Origin: a phage
Direction: 5' to 3' (one strand)
Length of the DNA: 64,000 bases
NCBI GenBank assembly: GCA_012401045.1
Contig: GCA_012401045.1_4704.1
Both the position numbers and the translations under genes were made by a program. Under the pieces are notes generated by a model. The model was not told where the DNA came from. It did no database searches and saw only the letters and a list, made by a program, of their open reading frames with translations. This document shows, piece by piece, positions 48,201 through 55,483 of the stretch; the first letter of the stretch is position 1, and every line of letters begins with the position of its first letter.

Positions 48201-48903
48201 ACGCCAAGTTCGTTATCTAGTTAACGGTGGCTATAACGGATTACGTGATGTTGAACAACGTTCTGCATATTGGATTCAGGCAGCTAAGAATGGCACCCTG
48301 AAGAAAATGATGGACGAGTTATCAGGGTCAACATCAGACGATCAAGCTGAAGGACCGACCACTGCCGAACAGGTGAAGAACGAAGCAGCACAAGAGGCAA
48401 ACGGAACACCTGCTGTAAGCAACGATCCGCAAGCCCCAGTATCTTCTACCACCCCTGAAGCTAAACCGTCTGCGGCTGCCGGGACGGCCCCAGCACCTGG
48501 GGAAGCATCACCAACGCCTGGAAGTTTCGAAACAGCAAAAGCCGCGGCAGGACAACCGACATCAACTCCAGCACCTAGCGATTTGCCGTCAAACCCAGGC
48601 GCAAATCGAGGGATATCGGTTCCGAATACACCTGCACAGGTTGCGCAGTCTGCGACACAAACGTCGGCTGCAAGTGAGAACTTCTACGGTAGCGCAGGTG
48701 AAATTCTCCGACAGCAGCTGACCACACAGCAGAACATCGAGAAGAACACCGGTAGAACGAATGAACTTATTTCGGAATTAATCCAAGCCGTTAAGGGTTC
48801 TTCTATCGGTAAGGGTTCTGCAAGTCCTTCTCAACAACAGACGATGTCACTACCTAATCGTCCGCAAGGAATCTCTCCAACACGGACAAGGTACGCACAG
48901 TAG
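42238..48903 (+). CDS. Giant tape-measure-like virion protein with a C-terminal muramidase domain (phiKZ gp181-like by context)
   Basis: ~2221 aa from ATG 42238 (GGAGG 5 nt upstream). The track's GTG start at 42145 lacks an SD. Features are coiled-coil-like regions, an internal 68-aa duplication, a Gly-rich hydrophobic segment, a GH19-type domain and a P/A/T/S-rich tail. Confidence 0.8.
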   Translation: MVDKTRVEGDDNWDNWDEDFSLDLDFNEPKDDRKPITRFAIGAVKGAAEDLTSYERMKEIARNALPKGYSDGMDLIDSAVGSTKELYNEAVRDVLPKVQSSKRLAAQLTKKYRASMPDFSKKILEQWEREAKEEDERKQAEETLRQRMASAGDDEIARKVAEALGESANQSADQFAEQQAKESIRDDIADKRYAVTNKQMSAMQEGVAKMVGFNNEFAARYMRKSLELKYRSLAIQRASFDQHKKLAEVYIGLLQNIQKNTALPDAAKAKMSEEFRRSAYQRFFGNALDAMSSFENRFFADVKKNLATNALGALKGVVSGANDALYGLNEARDSISMMDGMGSDGDIKEMQGKMLGQFIGSTVAPWMANKGRMALRDLAKRHPNAKFASALKAVDQGGEAAAYTTRNLGKLLQEDIRKNEFNLSDPFYKQLLRGAGRWAFNMDSGRNFRVMNDTAETLAEQTSFDGLTYRSINEVIPGFLARILKSSEGIRTGNSDPDYEVYDGISGQFVSQRTREQSVNDTLFNKRSFGYYASRFNEVISVIDPDKQLSEKARKALAKQLARDSDANIAFDPARFTDESNFDRSIDRDAIKELSTYFRDRYGIRDDINDKGERHQVIGNRGQYYTERNRADLRYGNLKSLQPDIQRNLNLLKRTGDVQYLERIGIVTRNSDGSYSVNHDRYFSEIDRYIDRPEYADRGDVNTRLTAQETRALALGYRDAKPSAGDVQNVGLPNIGRKAAGTVTVDENIGYDKWWNDTGVITTSLEEQNRAWQELYLEALSEASEQRVEMLALLKAISEKDWSNNVSLDGEDVPEGTAPISFIDRAKQKLGGRNLFKGGRNLLWKGIKNTARLGVKGARWGAERTLGSLVNSGRRIINFNRFVFGALSKVDQVPFDIYVKGESQPRILVAKLRQGLYFDEATGKAVKRMKDIKGPLVDADGNIVISNEDIEKGLVTRAGRAFENSGLKAWAREGLNGITTALSLPRMLKRGAVEIYKQLDKTPDVYVKGESTPRLLSMVLAAGGYFRRSDGQVIKNLEDIDGDVVDAQGNVVLTLADMQKGLVDKYGKAIRRLKEKLINFGVKAFTLPLTLLRKTKDILKALPGKTVNGLRRMGLNFQSPDALLVGTTSSMVDRLDAIYQLLDQRMPGGDKDYRDWNGDGVREGSLEDLKRKREAKENGKDDIGKDSNKGEEKEKKRGLLGSLFDMLGDTAIGKRLMASPLGKILGGLGAVLSGGASLTGLLGKGLIRGTGALVKGGLSAAGWLGRGALMAGGAALNAVGGLSGLGAFLISPVGLAIAGGALAAYAGWKIYQHFAEKPDPMQKLRLIAYGAKGDDKDFNKKLLATETYLTDHVVMTGDTIGFDPKADSEKILEIWELSLEDSDRMNEWKRWYLHRFIPVFARAYKLWKEHMPDEKKYMEMDKYPNGENKVKWSEAFIWPSDSPDGPYYVEANPLGSSGATRYIAGQDVKTLMLKQLEAIKKEYQNQIKQYTHDEAIADWSRMSDTQRKSVAPNALRGQKASLRFNDKRYNSAGAKGRQKLDATAVIESVDRRGRKWVAGGYIDELTSLRVRAYGIKVPLLSQIKVLMELEDAVEPGVVAEGKGVKYGGDLVALYKKFATKFGRDVNSKHDQDIWFAWMNNRFLPVFLTYYQQVSDMGGQGLLSDVVQNLKDSQRWEIGEALVATQYRDEKGTLQPVWSWNSCGFSGTEANTTSSSTKSQLDLLKEYADKEKVREKNAEASQEDTDKLSKIQELMMKQAGYEKKDGVWQKKSRITGGMSNSEANYNPNRNKVGESSFTASATSNAGLGSTGDLTGLPNMGLQKPAMGPGPEAGRRALVKSAVKRGITDPMEMAMFLANIEHESGNYTHVREGNYKTPERLKQVFPYKFRDVQDAAQTISMGPEVVFERVYGNRKDLGNTQKGDGAKYLGRGFIQVTGKANYARLSKTLNKDLVSDPTYLETPEGAAEGSVAWWLNRGNVLRDPAKRGDVRQVRYLVNGGYNGLRDVEQRSAYWIQAAKNGTLKKMMDELSGSTSDDQAEGPTTAEQVKNEAAQEANGTPAVSNDPQAPVSSTTPEAKPSAAAGTAPAPGEASPTPGSFETAKAAAGQPTSTPAPSDLPSNPGANRGISVPNTPAQVAQSATQTSAASENFYGSAGEILRQQLTTQQNIEKNTGRTNELISELIQAVKGSSIGKGSASPSQQQTMSLPNRPQGISPTRTRYAQ
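44923..45450 (+). repeat. Internal protein-level duplication (two 68-aa units, 108 codons apart)
   Basis: DIYVKGESQPRILV...GPLVDADGNIVISNEDIEKGLVTRAGRA (44923..45126) matches DVYVKGESTPRLLS...GDVVDAQGNVVLTLADMQKGLVDKYGKA (45247..45450). Confidence 0.8.
45828..46172 (+). other. Glycine-zipper-like hydrophobic segment of the giant protein
   Basis: GLLGSLFDMLG...GGLGAVLSGGASLTGLLGKGL...GGAALNAVGGLSGLGAFLISPVGLAIAGGALAAYAGW. Confidence 0.6.
47740..48300 (+). other. GH19 (chitinase-like) lysozyme domain of the giant protein
   Basis: MFLANIEHESGNY (EHESG at 47812..47826) ... LGNTQKGDGAKYLGRGFIQVTGKANY ... AWWLN. Confidence 0.7.
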
Positions 48904-48913
48904 TCATTAGTTA

Positions 48914-48934
48914 AGGGCGGGAATCTCCCGCCCT
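48914..48934 (+). terminator. 9-bp stem-loop between the giant gene and the next gene (weak terminator or attenuator)
   Basis: AGGGCGGGA atc TCCCGCCCT, followed by CTTCTT. Confidence 0.45.
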
Positions 48935-48952
48935 CTTCTTGAGGAATGTTAC

Positions 48953-51094
48953 ATGGGTATTCTTGTTCAAAACGCCCTAATCACCAAACAAGCGTTTTTA
49001 TTACCAGGCGATAGCAGCACTCTGAGCGCCGACATGATTAAAGCGAGACATACACCGTATTCCTACGATAACGTCGATGATACCACCTTAGGTGGGAACT
49101 GGGTGCTTAACCCGCCGCCGCAATATACAAAATTTGCCGACATCAAAGAACGCCGACGTGCGGTTATGCCGGGATCAACGGGCATGGGTCGAGGCTATAG
49201 TGAAAGCATTAACAGCTTTAAAGAGGTCGTTACATTACGATTCGGTAAACCTCGCTTTACAGGCGCAAGTATCTTCTTTACTGATTTCTACGATGCGGAT
49301 GTTGCCGTAACGGTTAAAACCGGTCGCGATCCCGGTATTCTTTATTACGCAGCCAAAGCGTATACCACCGTTCTTTCTTACCTCACACCTCTACCCTACT
49401 TGTATATGGTTGGACGTATCGGTCGATATTTCCTGGGTAAGCCTACCAGTCAATATTACTATCAAGTACCAACCATGCACGTGTATTGGGCGTCTTTCCA
49501 AACACTGGTAAACCAAACAGCGATAAACATGGGTCTTATCGCCGGTGCCGGTAAAGATAAAGGCTATGTGGAAGAAGGGGGTACCGTACTCCACCAATAT
49601 TCAATCGGTGGTCAGAACGTTGAAGAATTCATCAACTACGCCTCTAAGACGCTACCGGGGATTTATAAGAAAGGTGGTGGGATCGATATCTACCAGATCG
49701 CAACACGACGTCAGCGCATACAGAACGCATGGGTACGTCGTATTCAATCCATGATGGAAAACGATTACTCGTCTTACGAGGAGTTCTGGAACGATCTTGA
49801 TAAACGACTTGATAGCGGAGCATTTCCATCGGATGTAACCGGCCGTACGTTAACGCAGTATCTCGCCGACACGCAGAAGTCTGCTGTTTACAGTGCGACA
49901 GCTGGTGATAATAAACAAACGATGGACGACCTTTTATTCGGAAGGGCCTCATACACCAACAAGGACGCTGATGCCAACTTCAATGTCTCTGCAGTCACCT
50001 CCGACGGCGGTACGTCAACACAAAGTCAGGGTACAACAGCCAATGTCGGTAATTCGACATCAGGGACAACGCAAGCTTCAACAGCAGCATCGACGGCTGG
50101 AGGTGCGAACGTACAGAGCAAAGGAATCGGGCAAACGAACGCAGCCGAAGAAGCTACATTTCTTGATCTGATGGATGCTGAACTGGCTGACGGTGCCCAG
50201 TTTATCAGTTTTCGAGTCGATTCTGTCACCAGTGTAACCGAAACGTTTTCAAACAGCGCTTCAGAAAGTTCTATTGCACAGACGATGAATAGCCGTGCAC
50301 AAGCGAACATCGAACGTCGTTTCACCCTTTCCGGTGGTAATACAGGTTGGGCTGTACTAGACGAAGCAATCAAAGCCGGTTCCGATCTCGTCAACGGTGC
50401 TATTTCCGGGATGGGTCTGGATGGTATTTTTGGGGCCTTCATGGGTTCCGGCTTCGCTGACATTCCGAAATTCTATTCTGGATCGTCAGTAAGTCTACCG
50501 CGCGCCGATCTGACGATGGAATTGCGTTCCTGGAGTGGGGATCGTTGGTCGATCTTTACGAACCTCATGGTGCCTCTTTTAGCTATCCTTGCAGGTGGTT
50601 TACCTCAGGCTACCGGTAAATCGTCCTACGGGATGCCGTTCATGTGTGAATGTTATATCCCTGGTAAAGTCCAGATTAAAATGGGTCTTATCGACAACAT
50701 CACTGTGACGCGTCACGTTGGAAACGTGCCATCAACACGTGAGCGGTTACCGTTGGGTATCGATGTCAGCTTCAGCGTTTATGACCTGTCGTCCATCGTC
50801 GCCATGCCGATCACAACGACGGCCGCATCGATCGCAAAATTGGATCCTCGTGGCTTCTTAAGTGATCTTCTTGCTGACGATACCCCACTCAACAACTATC
50901 TTGCTGTATTATCAGCATTGACGCTTACGGAACAAGTTTACATGATTCCTGATTTAAGTCGTCGCATGCATAAAACCATGGCTGATATCGATAGTTTCTG
51001 GAGCAAAGGTAATTTTGCTAGCTGGTTGTCTGACACCATGCCTGGCAGGATAGCATCAGGGCTGTTATGGAAACGTACAGAACGTCCGTTCTGA
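48953..51094 (+). CDS. Large hypothetical virion-type protein (713 aa)
   Basis: SD GAGGAA. It has an S/T/G/Q-rich low-complexity linker and follows the tape-measure-like gene. Confidence 0.75.
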   Translation: MGILVQNALITKQAFLLPGDSSTLSADMIKARHTPYSYDNVDDTTLGGNWVLNPPPQYTKFADIKERRRAVMPGSTGMGRGYSESINSFKEVVTLRFGKPRFTGASIFFTDFYDADVAVTVKTGRDPGILYYAAKAYTTVLSYLTPLPYLYMVGRIGRYFLGKPTSQYYYQVPTMHVYWASFQTLVNQTAINMGLIAGAGKDKGYVEEGGTVLHQYSIGGQNVEEFINYASKTLPGIYKKGGGIDIYQIATRRQRIQNAWVRRIQSMMENDYSSYEEFWNDLDKRLDSGAFPSDVTGRTLTQYLADTQKSAVYSATAGDNKQTMDDLLFGRASYTNKDADANFNVSAVTSDGGTSTQSQGTTANVGNSTSGTTQASTAASTAGGANVQSKGIGQTNAAEEATFLDLMDAELADGAQFISFRVDSVTSVTETFSNSASESSIAQTMNSRAQANIERRFTLSGGNTGWAVLDEAIKAGSDLVNGAISGMGLDGIFGAFMGSGFADIPKFYSGSSVSLPRADLTMELRSWSGDRWSIFTNLMVPLLAILAGGLPQATGKSSYGMPFMCECYIPGKVQIKMGLIDNITVTRHVGNVPSTRERLPLGIDVSFSVYDLSSIVAMPITTTAASIAKLDPRGFLSDLLADDTPLNNYLAVLSALTLTEQVYMIPDLSRRMHKTMADIDSFWSKGNFASWLSDTMPGRIASGLLWKRTERPF

Positions 51095-51107
51095 TATTCA
51101 CCGCATA

Positions 51108-51145
51108 AACCCCTCTCCCTTCCCTGATGGGTTGGGAGAGGGGTT
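51108..51145. terminator. 12-bp bidirectional terminator between convergent genes
   Basis: AACCCCTCTCCC (51108..51119) pairs with GGGAGAGGGGTT (51134..51145). Confidence 0.75.
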
Positions 51146-51148
51146 ATG

Positions 51149-52216
51149 TTAACCCAACGTCACCGTCGGTAAATCAGGATAAAGTTTCTTCAAGCCTGCC
51201 ATCGTGGTGGCAGTTGTATAATTCTTACCCATCGCAGCAAGAGATGCGTATTTCCTACTGCGGGAGAAAAGAGAATAGAACCCACTGGATGTTTCCATCC
51301 ACATCGTGAGGAGTTCTGCATCATTACCGTGATAGTTCGTTTTACTCCATCCTGGTTTAAACGCATCAGCAAAATCAATTAAACGCGATGCTTCAGCGTC
51401 GTATTCTTTAAGGGTAATATACGATGGGATACGGTAGTTACGAAACAATAACGTAATGAGTTCAGGGACAACGCTACGGGCACGTTCAGCAGTAATAAGT
51501 TCGGTGATAACGGCAGCTGTACGGAAATCGCCGTTAAGGCCAACGCTGCTTAACGATTCCGCTAAAGTGGTTGCCATCGCCACTTTATCCTCCGCTGATC
51601 CAGAGTCATACAGACTACGTACGTCGATATAGTTGCCCGCTAATGCGGCTTGACGAATCAACGATGTGACAACCGTCCGGTTCGTCTTATAGTCGTTGTA
51701 GCTGAATTCGGTTCGCGTTTTCCCTTGATCGTCGAGATACCGATCAACAATCGTCGACAGTTTATAATACTCGTCGCCAGACATCAGACTATCGAGAAGC
51801 TTAACGTTTCCATCTTTATCAATAAGCTTCCCTAACGCACCATTGGATTGCTGGTTAATGGTACTGTAAATCTGGTCTTTTACTTGCGATAGAATGTTAT
51901 CGGTTGACGATATATTCAGGCCAGTAACATCTTTGATCTTATTCATCAACGCGTTTTCATTCAGGGAGATTTTGCCTCCGCTGATATCGATGAAAGAATT
52001 AAGATCGCTTATGGAAATCAGGTTTCCTGTTAACGCCGATAATGTACTATTGATACTGTTCGTAATACTGCTGCGAAAACTGGTTAACGCATCCGCCGCT
52101 GAAACAGCGGTACCGCTAACCGCTTTAAGGAGCGTATCACGCCCTGTCGAAAAATCGCTGGTGATGGTTTTGATCTTGGACGTATCTATACTCGGCAGTT
52201 TGTCGTAAAGACTCAT
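51149..52216 (-). CDS. Hypothetical protein (355 aa; start at MSLYDKLPS)
   Basis: AGGAGG lies 6 nt upstream of ATG 52216. The track's extra 17 aa (MWVGFMPYFFFLF...) fall in the U-rich leader. Confidence 0.7.
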   Translation of the reverse strand: MSLYDKLPSIDTSKIKTITSDFSTGRDTLLKAVSGTAVSAADALTSFRSSITNSINSTLSALTGNLISISDLNSFIDISGGKISLNENALMNKIKDVTGLNISSTDNILSQVKDQIYSTINQQSNGALGKLIDKDGNVKLLDSLMSGDEYYKLSTIVDRYLDDQGKTRTEFSYNDYKTNRTVVTSLIRQAALAGNYIDVRSLYDSGSAEDKVAMATTLAESLSSVGLNGDFRTAAVITELITAERARSVVPELITLLFRNYRIPSYITLKEYDAEASRLIDFADAFKPGWSKTNYHGNDAELLTMWMETSSGFYSLFSRSRKYASLAAMGKNYTTATTMAGLKKLYPDLPTVTLG

Positions 52217-52245
52217 CACGTCCTCCTGAAAAAGAAAAAAGAAAT

Positions 52246-52282
52246 ACGGCATAAAGCCTACCCACACAATGGTGGGTAGGCT
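52246..52282 (-). terminator. 11-bp terminator, followed by TTTATGCCGT
   Basis: AGCCTACCCAC (52255..52265) pairs with GTGGGTAGGCT (52272..52282). The minus strand continues TTTATGCCGTATTTCTTTTTTC, and TATG (52253..52250) is ~35 nt before ATG 52216. Confidence 0.8.
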
Positions 52283-52298
52283 AAGATCAACATCGATG

Positions 52299-52811
52299 TT
52301 AAACTTCTTCGTTTTCTGAACCTAATGATTCAGCATCTGGATCGTCAACAGGAATGGTTGCATCAAAATACCGTTTCGTATGCGTGGTTGTATATCCTAC
52401 GCTATCTGTGATGGAAATCGTAAACGTGACTTCCCTTGCACGGATTAAGCGTAGTTTATTCATGAAGTTACGGAACGGCATCGATCCCCGATTCAACTCC
52501 TTAATGACGTTTCCCCGAATACTGGAAATGTCTTTATTCGTTTTATCAGGGTGTCGTTTCTTCACATCACGCATATGTCGGGTAATATACGAATTGAGCT
52601 GATTTGCGCCGATCCCTCTCTCCGTATAAATCTGCAACAGGAACTCCGTAAGGAAATCCTGTCTACCCGTAGGCGTCCAGAAATTGTTACCGTGATTGTA
52701 GTTAGTCGCTCGTCCTCGATTGCTTTGAGGATTTTCATCATCGCTTTCATCACGACGCTTAAGCGGATTAATGCGTGCGCGGAAAGAGACTTCATTATAT
52801 TTATTTGTCAT
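52299..52811 (-). CDS. Hypothetical basic protein (170 aa; start at MTNKYNEV)
   Basis: ATGA overlap with the upstream gene at 52808..52811. Second gene of the promoter-copy-3 unit. Confidence 0.65.
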   Translation of the reverse strand: MTNKYNEVSFRARINPLKRRDESDDENPQSNRGRATNYNHGNNFWTPTGRQDFLTEFLLQIYTERGIGANQLNSYITRHMRDVKKRHPDKTNKDISSIRGNVIKELNRGSMPFRNFMNKLRLIRAREVTFTISITDSVGYTTTHTKRYFDATIPVDDPDAESLGSENEEV

Positions 52812-53323
52812 AATACACCAGTGTACTGACTGAGTGCGAAGGTTAGGAGTTCGCAACAGTCTCTCGCTAGTTTCCTTGTTTTGCGTAATCCATAAGCCGC
52901 ATCCAAATCGTCACGTTCCGCCAGCGCGTCTAACCACGTCGCAAGTATGCGTCCATACTCGATAACGTCACGCATGAGAACGTCGAACCGGATAACACGA
53001 CCATCGGCATCAGCAAGCCAACGATTGAACGTGATTTGTGGTGCTAGTATTGCATATGTTCTCTCCTCTAATGCGATTATGTTTATGTTGCCTTCGTTAT
53101 CGAACGCTTGATGCCAACGGCGAAGGTCAAGCATCAACGACTCAGCGTCCATATACCACAACGGTAAATACGTTTTACGTGCAACGCGTATATCGTAGAT
53201 GTTGTGAACCCAGGACGTTGTTTTGTAAAGCAACAAGAGTTCGTTTAACCGTTGCCTATCATCTTGAAACGTCTTCCTTTTATAACGTTGGAACGCACGC
53301 CTCAAGAAAAAGCGATGTAACAT
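52808..53323 (-). CDS. Hypothetical protein (171 aa), first gene of an early-type unit
   Basis: ATG 53323 lies 91 nt downstream of the promoter copy 3 core. Confidence 0.7.
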   Translation of the reverse strand: MLHRFFLRRAFQRYKRKTFQDDRQRLNELLLLYKTTSWVHNIYDIRVARKTYLPLWYMDAESLMLDLRRWHQAFDNEGNINIIALEERTYAILAPQITFNRWLADADGRVIRFDVLMRDVIEYGRILATWLDALAERDDLDAAYGLRKTRKLARDCCELLTFALSQYTGVL

Positions 53324-53409
53324 GGCATCACCTATGTATCATTCTTGCAGGCATCAATGAAGCCATCACAAGAAGGTAACGTTATACGTCGCCTTCATGA
53401 CTGTCATCA

Positions 53410-53445
53410 TGAAGGTAATATAGTCCTGTTATTTTTTTCAATACG
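53410..53445 (-). promoter_or_regulatory. Early-type promoter, copy 3
   Basis: The minus strand reads CGTATTGAAAAAAATAACAGGACTATATTACCTTCA, with the core at 53422..53414. Confidence 0.7.
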
Positions 53446-53456
53446 GAGAATGTAAA

Positions 53457-54086
53457 ATGAGCGAATATGGTGTTGCCCCCGTAGATGATGAACCGCAAGA
53501 AGCACCTGATAAATTCGAGGTCCGTCTTGACGAAACCCGTAATATCCGCCAACGATTTATTCAACGCCTTGAAATGCTGTTAGATAGCGAATTCAAAGAT
53601 TTCGAGCTTAATCCTGGCGCTGATAACAAAGCCATCGTCGACGTCGAAAACGTCGACCGAATAGGTAAGCTGTTGTTGAAATCGTTGGGCGATAACGACA
53701 AAGTCGACTTAACGTTGAAACGTATCAGTGCCGACCAGGCCATGAATGACAGCGCACTGAAAACAGCACAAGCCCTAACCGAAACCATGCTGCGCCGCTT
53801 AGGTCAGATGGATCAACATCCTCTCGCAGCAGGGGCTGTTTATGAAGGCGAAGTCGTGAAGCCAGTCACGCCTGAAGAACGTGATCGTCGACTTGGTTTT
53901 GCGTCATTGGAAGAGTTCGATAGCAAGGAGTTCTCACCAGGCGTTCTCATCCAGGGACGTGTCGAAGAAACCAGCGATGCTTTCTATGCTAGAATGGCTC
54001 AACTGACGGCGTCGGTTCGTGAGGAGGTATCTCAGAAGATGGCTGCAGATCATCAGTCTTCGGAGGCGTCACACGAGGAGGAATAA
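53457..54086 (+). CDS. Hypothetical acidic protein (209 aa)
   Basis: SD GGAGAA. The 3' end overlaps the convergent gene 53989..54777 by 98 nt. Confidence 0.7.
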   Translation: MSEYGVAPVDDEPQEAPDKFEVRLDETRNIRQRFIQRLEMLLDSEFKDFELNPGADNKAIVDVENVDRIGKLLLKSLGDNDKVDLTLKRISADQAMNDSALKTAQALTETMLRRLGQMDQHPLAAGAVYEGEVVKPVTPEERDRRLGFASLEEFDSKEFSPGVLIQGRVEETSDAFYARMAQLTASVREEVSQKMAADHQSSEASHEEE

Positions 54087-54777
54087 AATAACTGAACCAT
54101 TTTATTCCAAAGAACCGCATGAACATCACAGGCGCGTTAGAAAGTTCGATTGCTTCGTAAAGTTTGTCATAAGCCAGATCGGAATCAGGGATGGTTTCAC
54201 TGATTCGTCTGGCTACAACCAATACGTTACAAATCGGATTGTCTTCTAACAGCATCTGATTGGGGAGGTGCCAGCGTTTGAAATCGTAAAAGAACATCGC
54301 ATTATACGTCTTACGGATTTCTGACGGATGCAGTGTGGCCGGATGACGGTAAATAATCTCAACGCTATCTTGCGCGCCGAGGTATTGCTGGATGCCTTCT
54401 TTTAACGCAATTGCAGCATCTCCCACAAATTCAAACGGGTACGTATTCACATGAACCGAAAAATCCGGTGCGGCAATCCCTGTCAAGCGGTCTTTCATGT
54501 AGTCCGCAACCACGTAACATAATCGCCACATCAACTCCGTCGGAATACATTTATCAAGAATGGTTTCATCGATATTTGCCAACGCACCCTTAAACTCTTC
54601 GTAAGTGTAAGTAACACCCGCCTGCTTTTCCGGCTCCAGGTTATAGGGTCGGTAATGCCATTTCTTCCCCCACTTTCTGATAGCCTCAGGATCCAACGTT
54701 GTTGCTACCGCCATTTCGATATCAAGCAGCGCCTCGAGTTCTACGTACACCGTCACTAACGCCGCATTTCCAGTCAT
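53989..54777 (-). CDS. Hypothetical protein (262 aa)
   Basis: ATGA overlap with the upstream gene. The Pro-rich C-terminal 30 aa lie in the convergent overlap. Confidence 0.7.
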   Translation of the reverse strand: MTGNAALVTVYVELEALLDIEMAVATTLDPEAIRKWGKKWHYRPYNLEPEKQAGVTYTYEEFKGALANIDETILDKCIPTELMWRLCYVVADYMKDRLTGIAAPDFSVHVNTYPFEFVGDAAIALKEGIQQYLGAQDSVEIIYRHPATLHPSEIRKTYNAMFFYDFKRWHLPNQMLLEDNPICNVLVVARRISETIPDSDLAYDKLYEAIELSNAPVMFMRFFGIKWFSYFIPPRVTPPKTDDLQPSSEIPPHEPTPSVEPF

Positions 54778-55481
54778 CGTTGCTCTCCAGCTTCACCGGT
54801 TAACATCTGCATATCGGGAGACGTTTTAATTTTCTTCTCGTACTCTTTTGTTTGTTTGAATACCAACTCACCGATTTCTTCCAATTCTTCAACGGTGACG
54901 GTATGCAAATAAAGCAACGGAATAATCCAGGTATTCGCACGAAGCATATCCCGAATATCATCAACGGTGGGTAATTCCGTAAAGAACTGTTCGTCTACCG
55001 CGAATAAATCCCGGGCGATACCATCCACCAGTTTATGATTGCTTTCATGGATCCATGCAAAACTTCCAGCAAGATGATCGATAAGCATATCGATGTCATC
55101 GACCGTTGAGAACACTGTACGCCGAACGTGCGTTGTGAGGTCCATCGTAAAACCCATTAACGAAGGGGTTTCCTCAGAACGGAGTTCACGCCAAAGACGG
55201 ATCATGTTTTCAGGGATAAACAAATCATGGATGAACGTCACACTGAATTTCGTAACCCAGTCACGAATTGTTGCACCTTTGGAATATTGTTGCGGTGGGG
55301 AATACAAATACACCCAACGTTTTGTGTACGCGATAACTTCCTTTCGCATCGCCGCATCTAAAACAAGCACGTAACGATCGGAAGCAAGCTCTTCTAATAA
55401 AAGCTCGAACGCAGTATCACTCTCTGGGGAGAACGATCGTTTTATTTCTGCGATACGTCGTGATAACCGACCACGTAACAT
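54774..55481 (-). CDS. Hypothetical protein (235 aa)
   Basis: Clean ORF in the array. Confidence 0.7.
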   Translation of the reverse strand: MLRGRLSRRIAEIKRSFSPESDTAFELLLEELASDRYVLVLDAAMRKEVIAYTKRWVYLYSPPQQYSKGATIRDWVTKFSVTFIHDLFIPENMIRLWRELRSEETPSLMGFTMDLTTHVRRTVFSTVDDIDMLIDHLAGSFAWIHESNHKLVDGIARDLFAVDEQFFTELPTVDDIRDMLRANTWIIPLLYLHTVTVEELEEIGELVFKQTKEYEKKIKTSPDMQMLTGEAGEQR

Positions 55482-55483
55482 AA

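Noticed and set aside
51413-51421. A fourth exact TATATTACC on the minus strand
   Set aside because: It lies inside CDS 51149..52216 and lacks the upstream AGG and TATTG-A7 elements. A lone 9-mer match is expected by chance at about this frequency.
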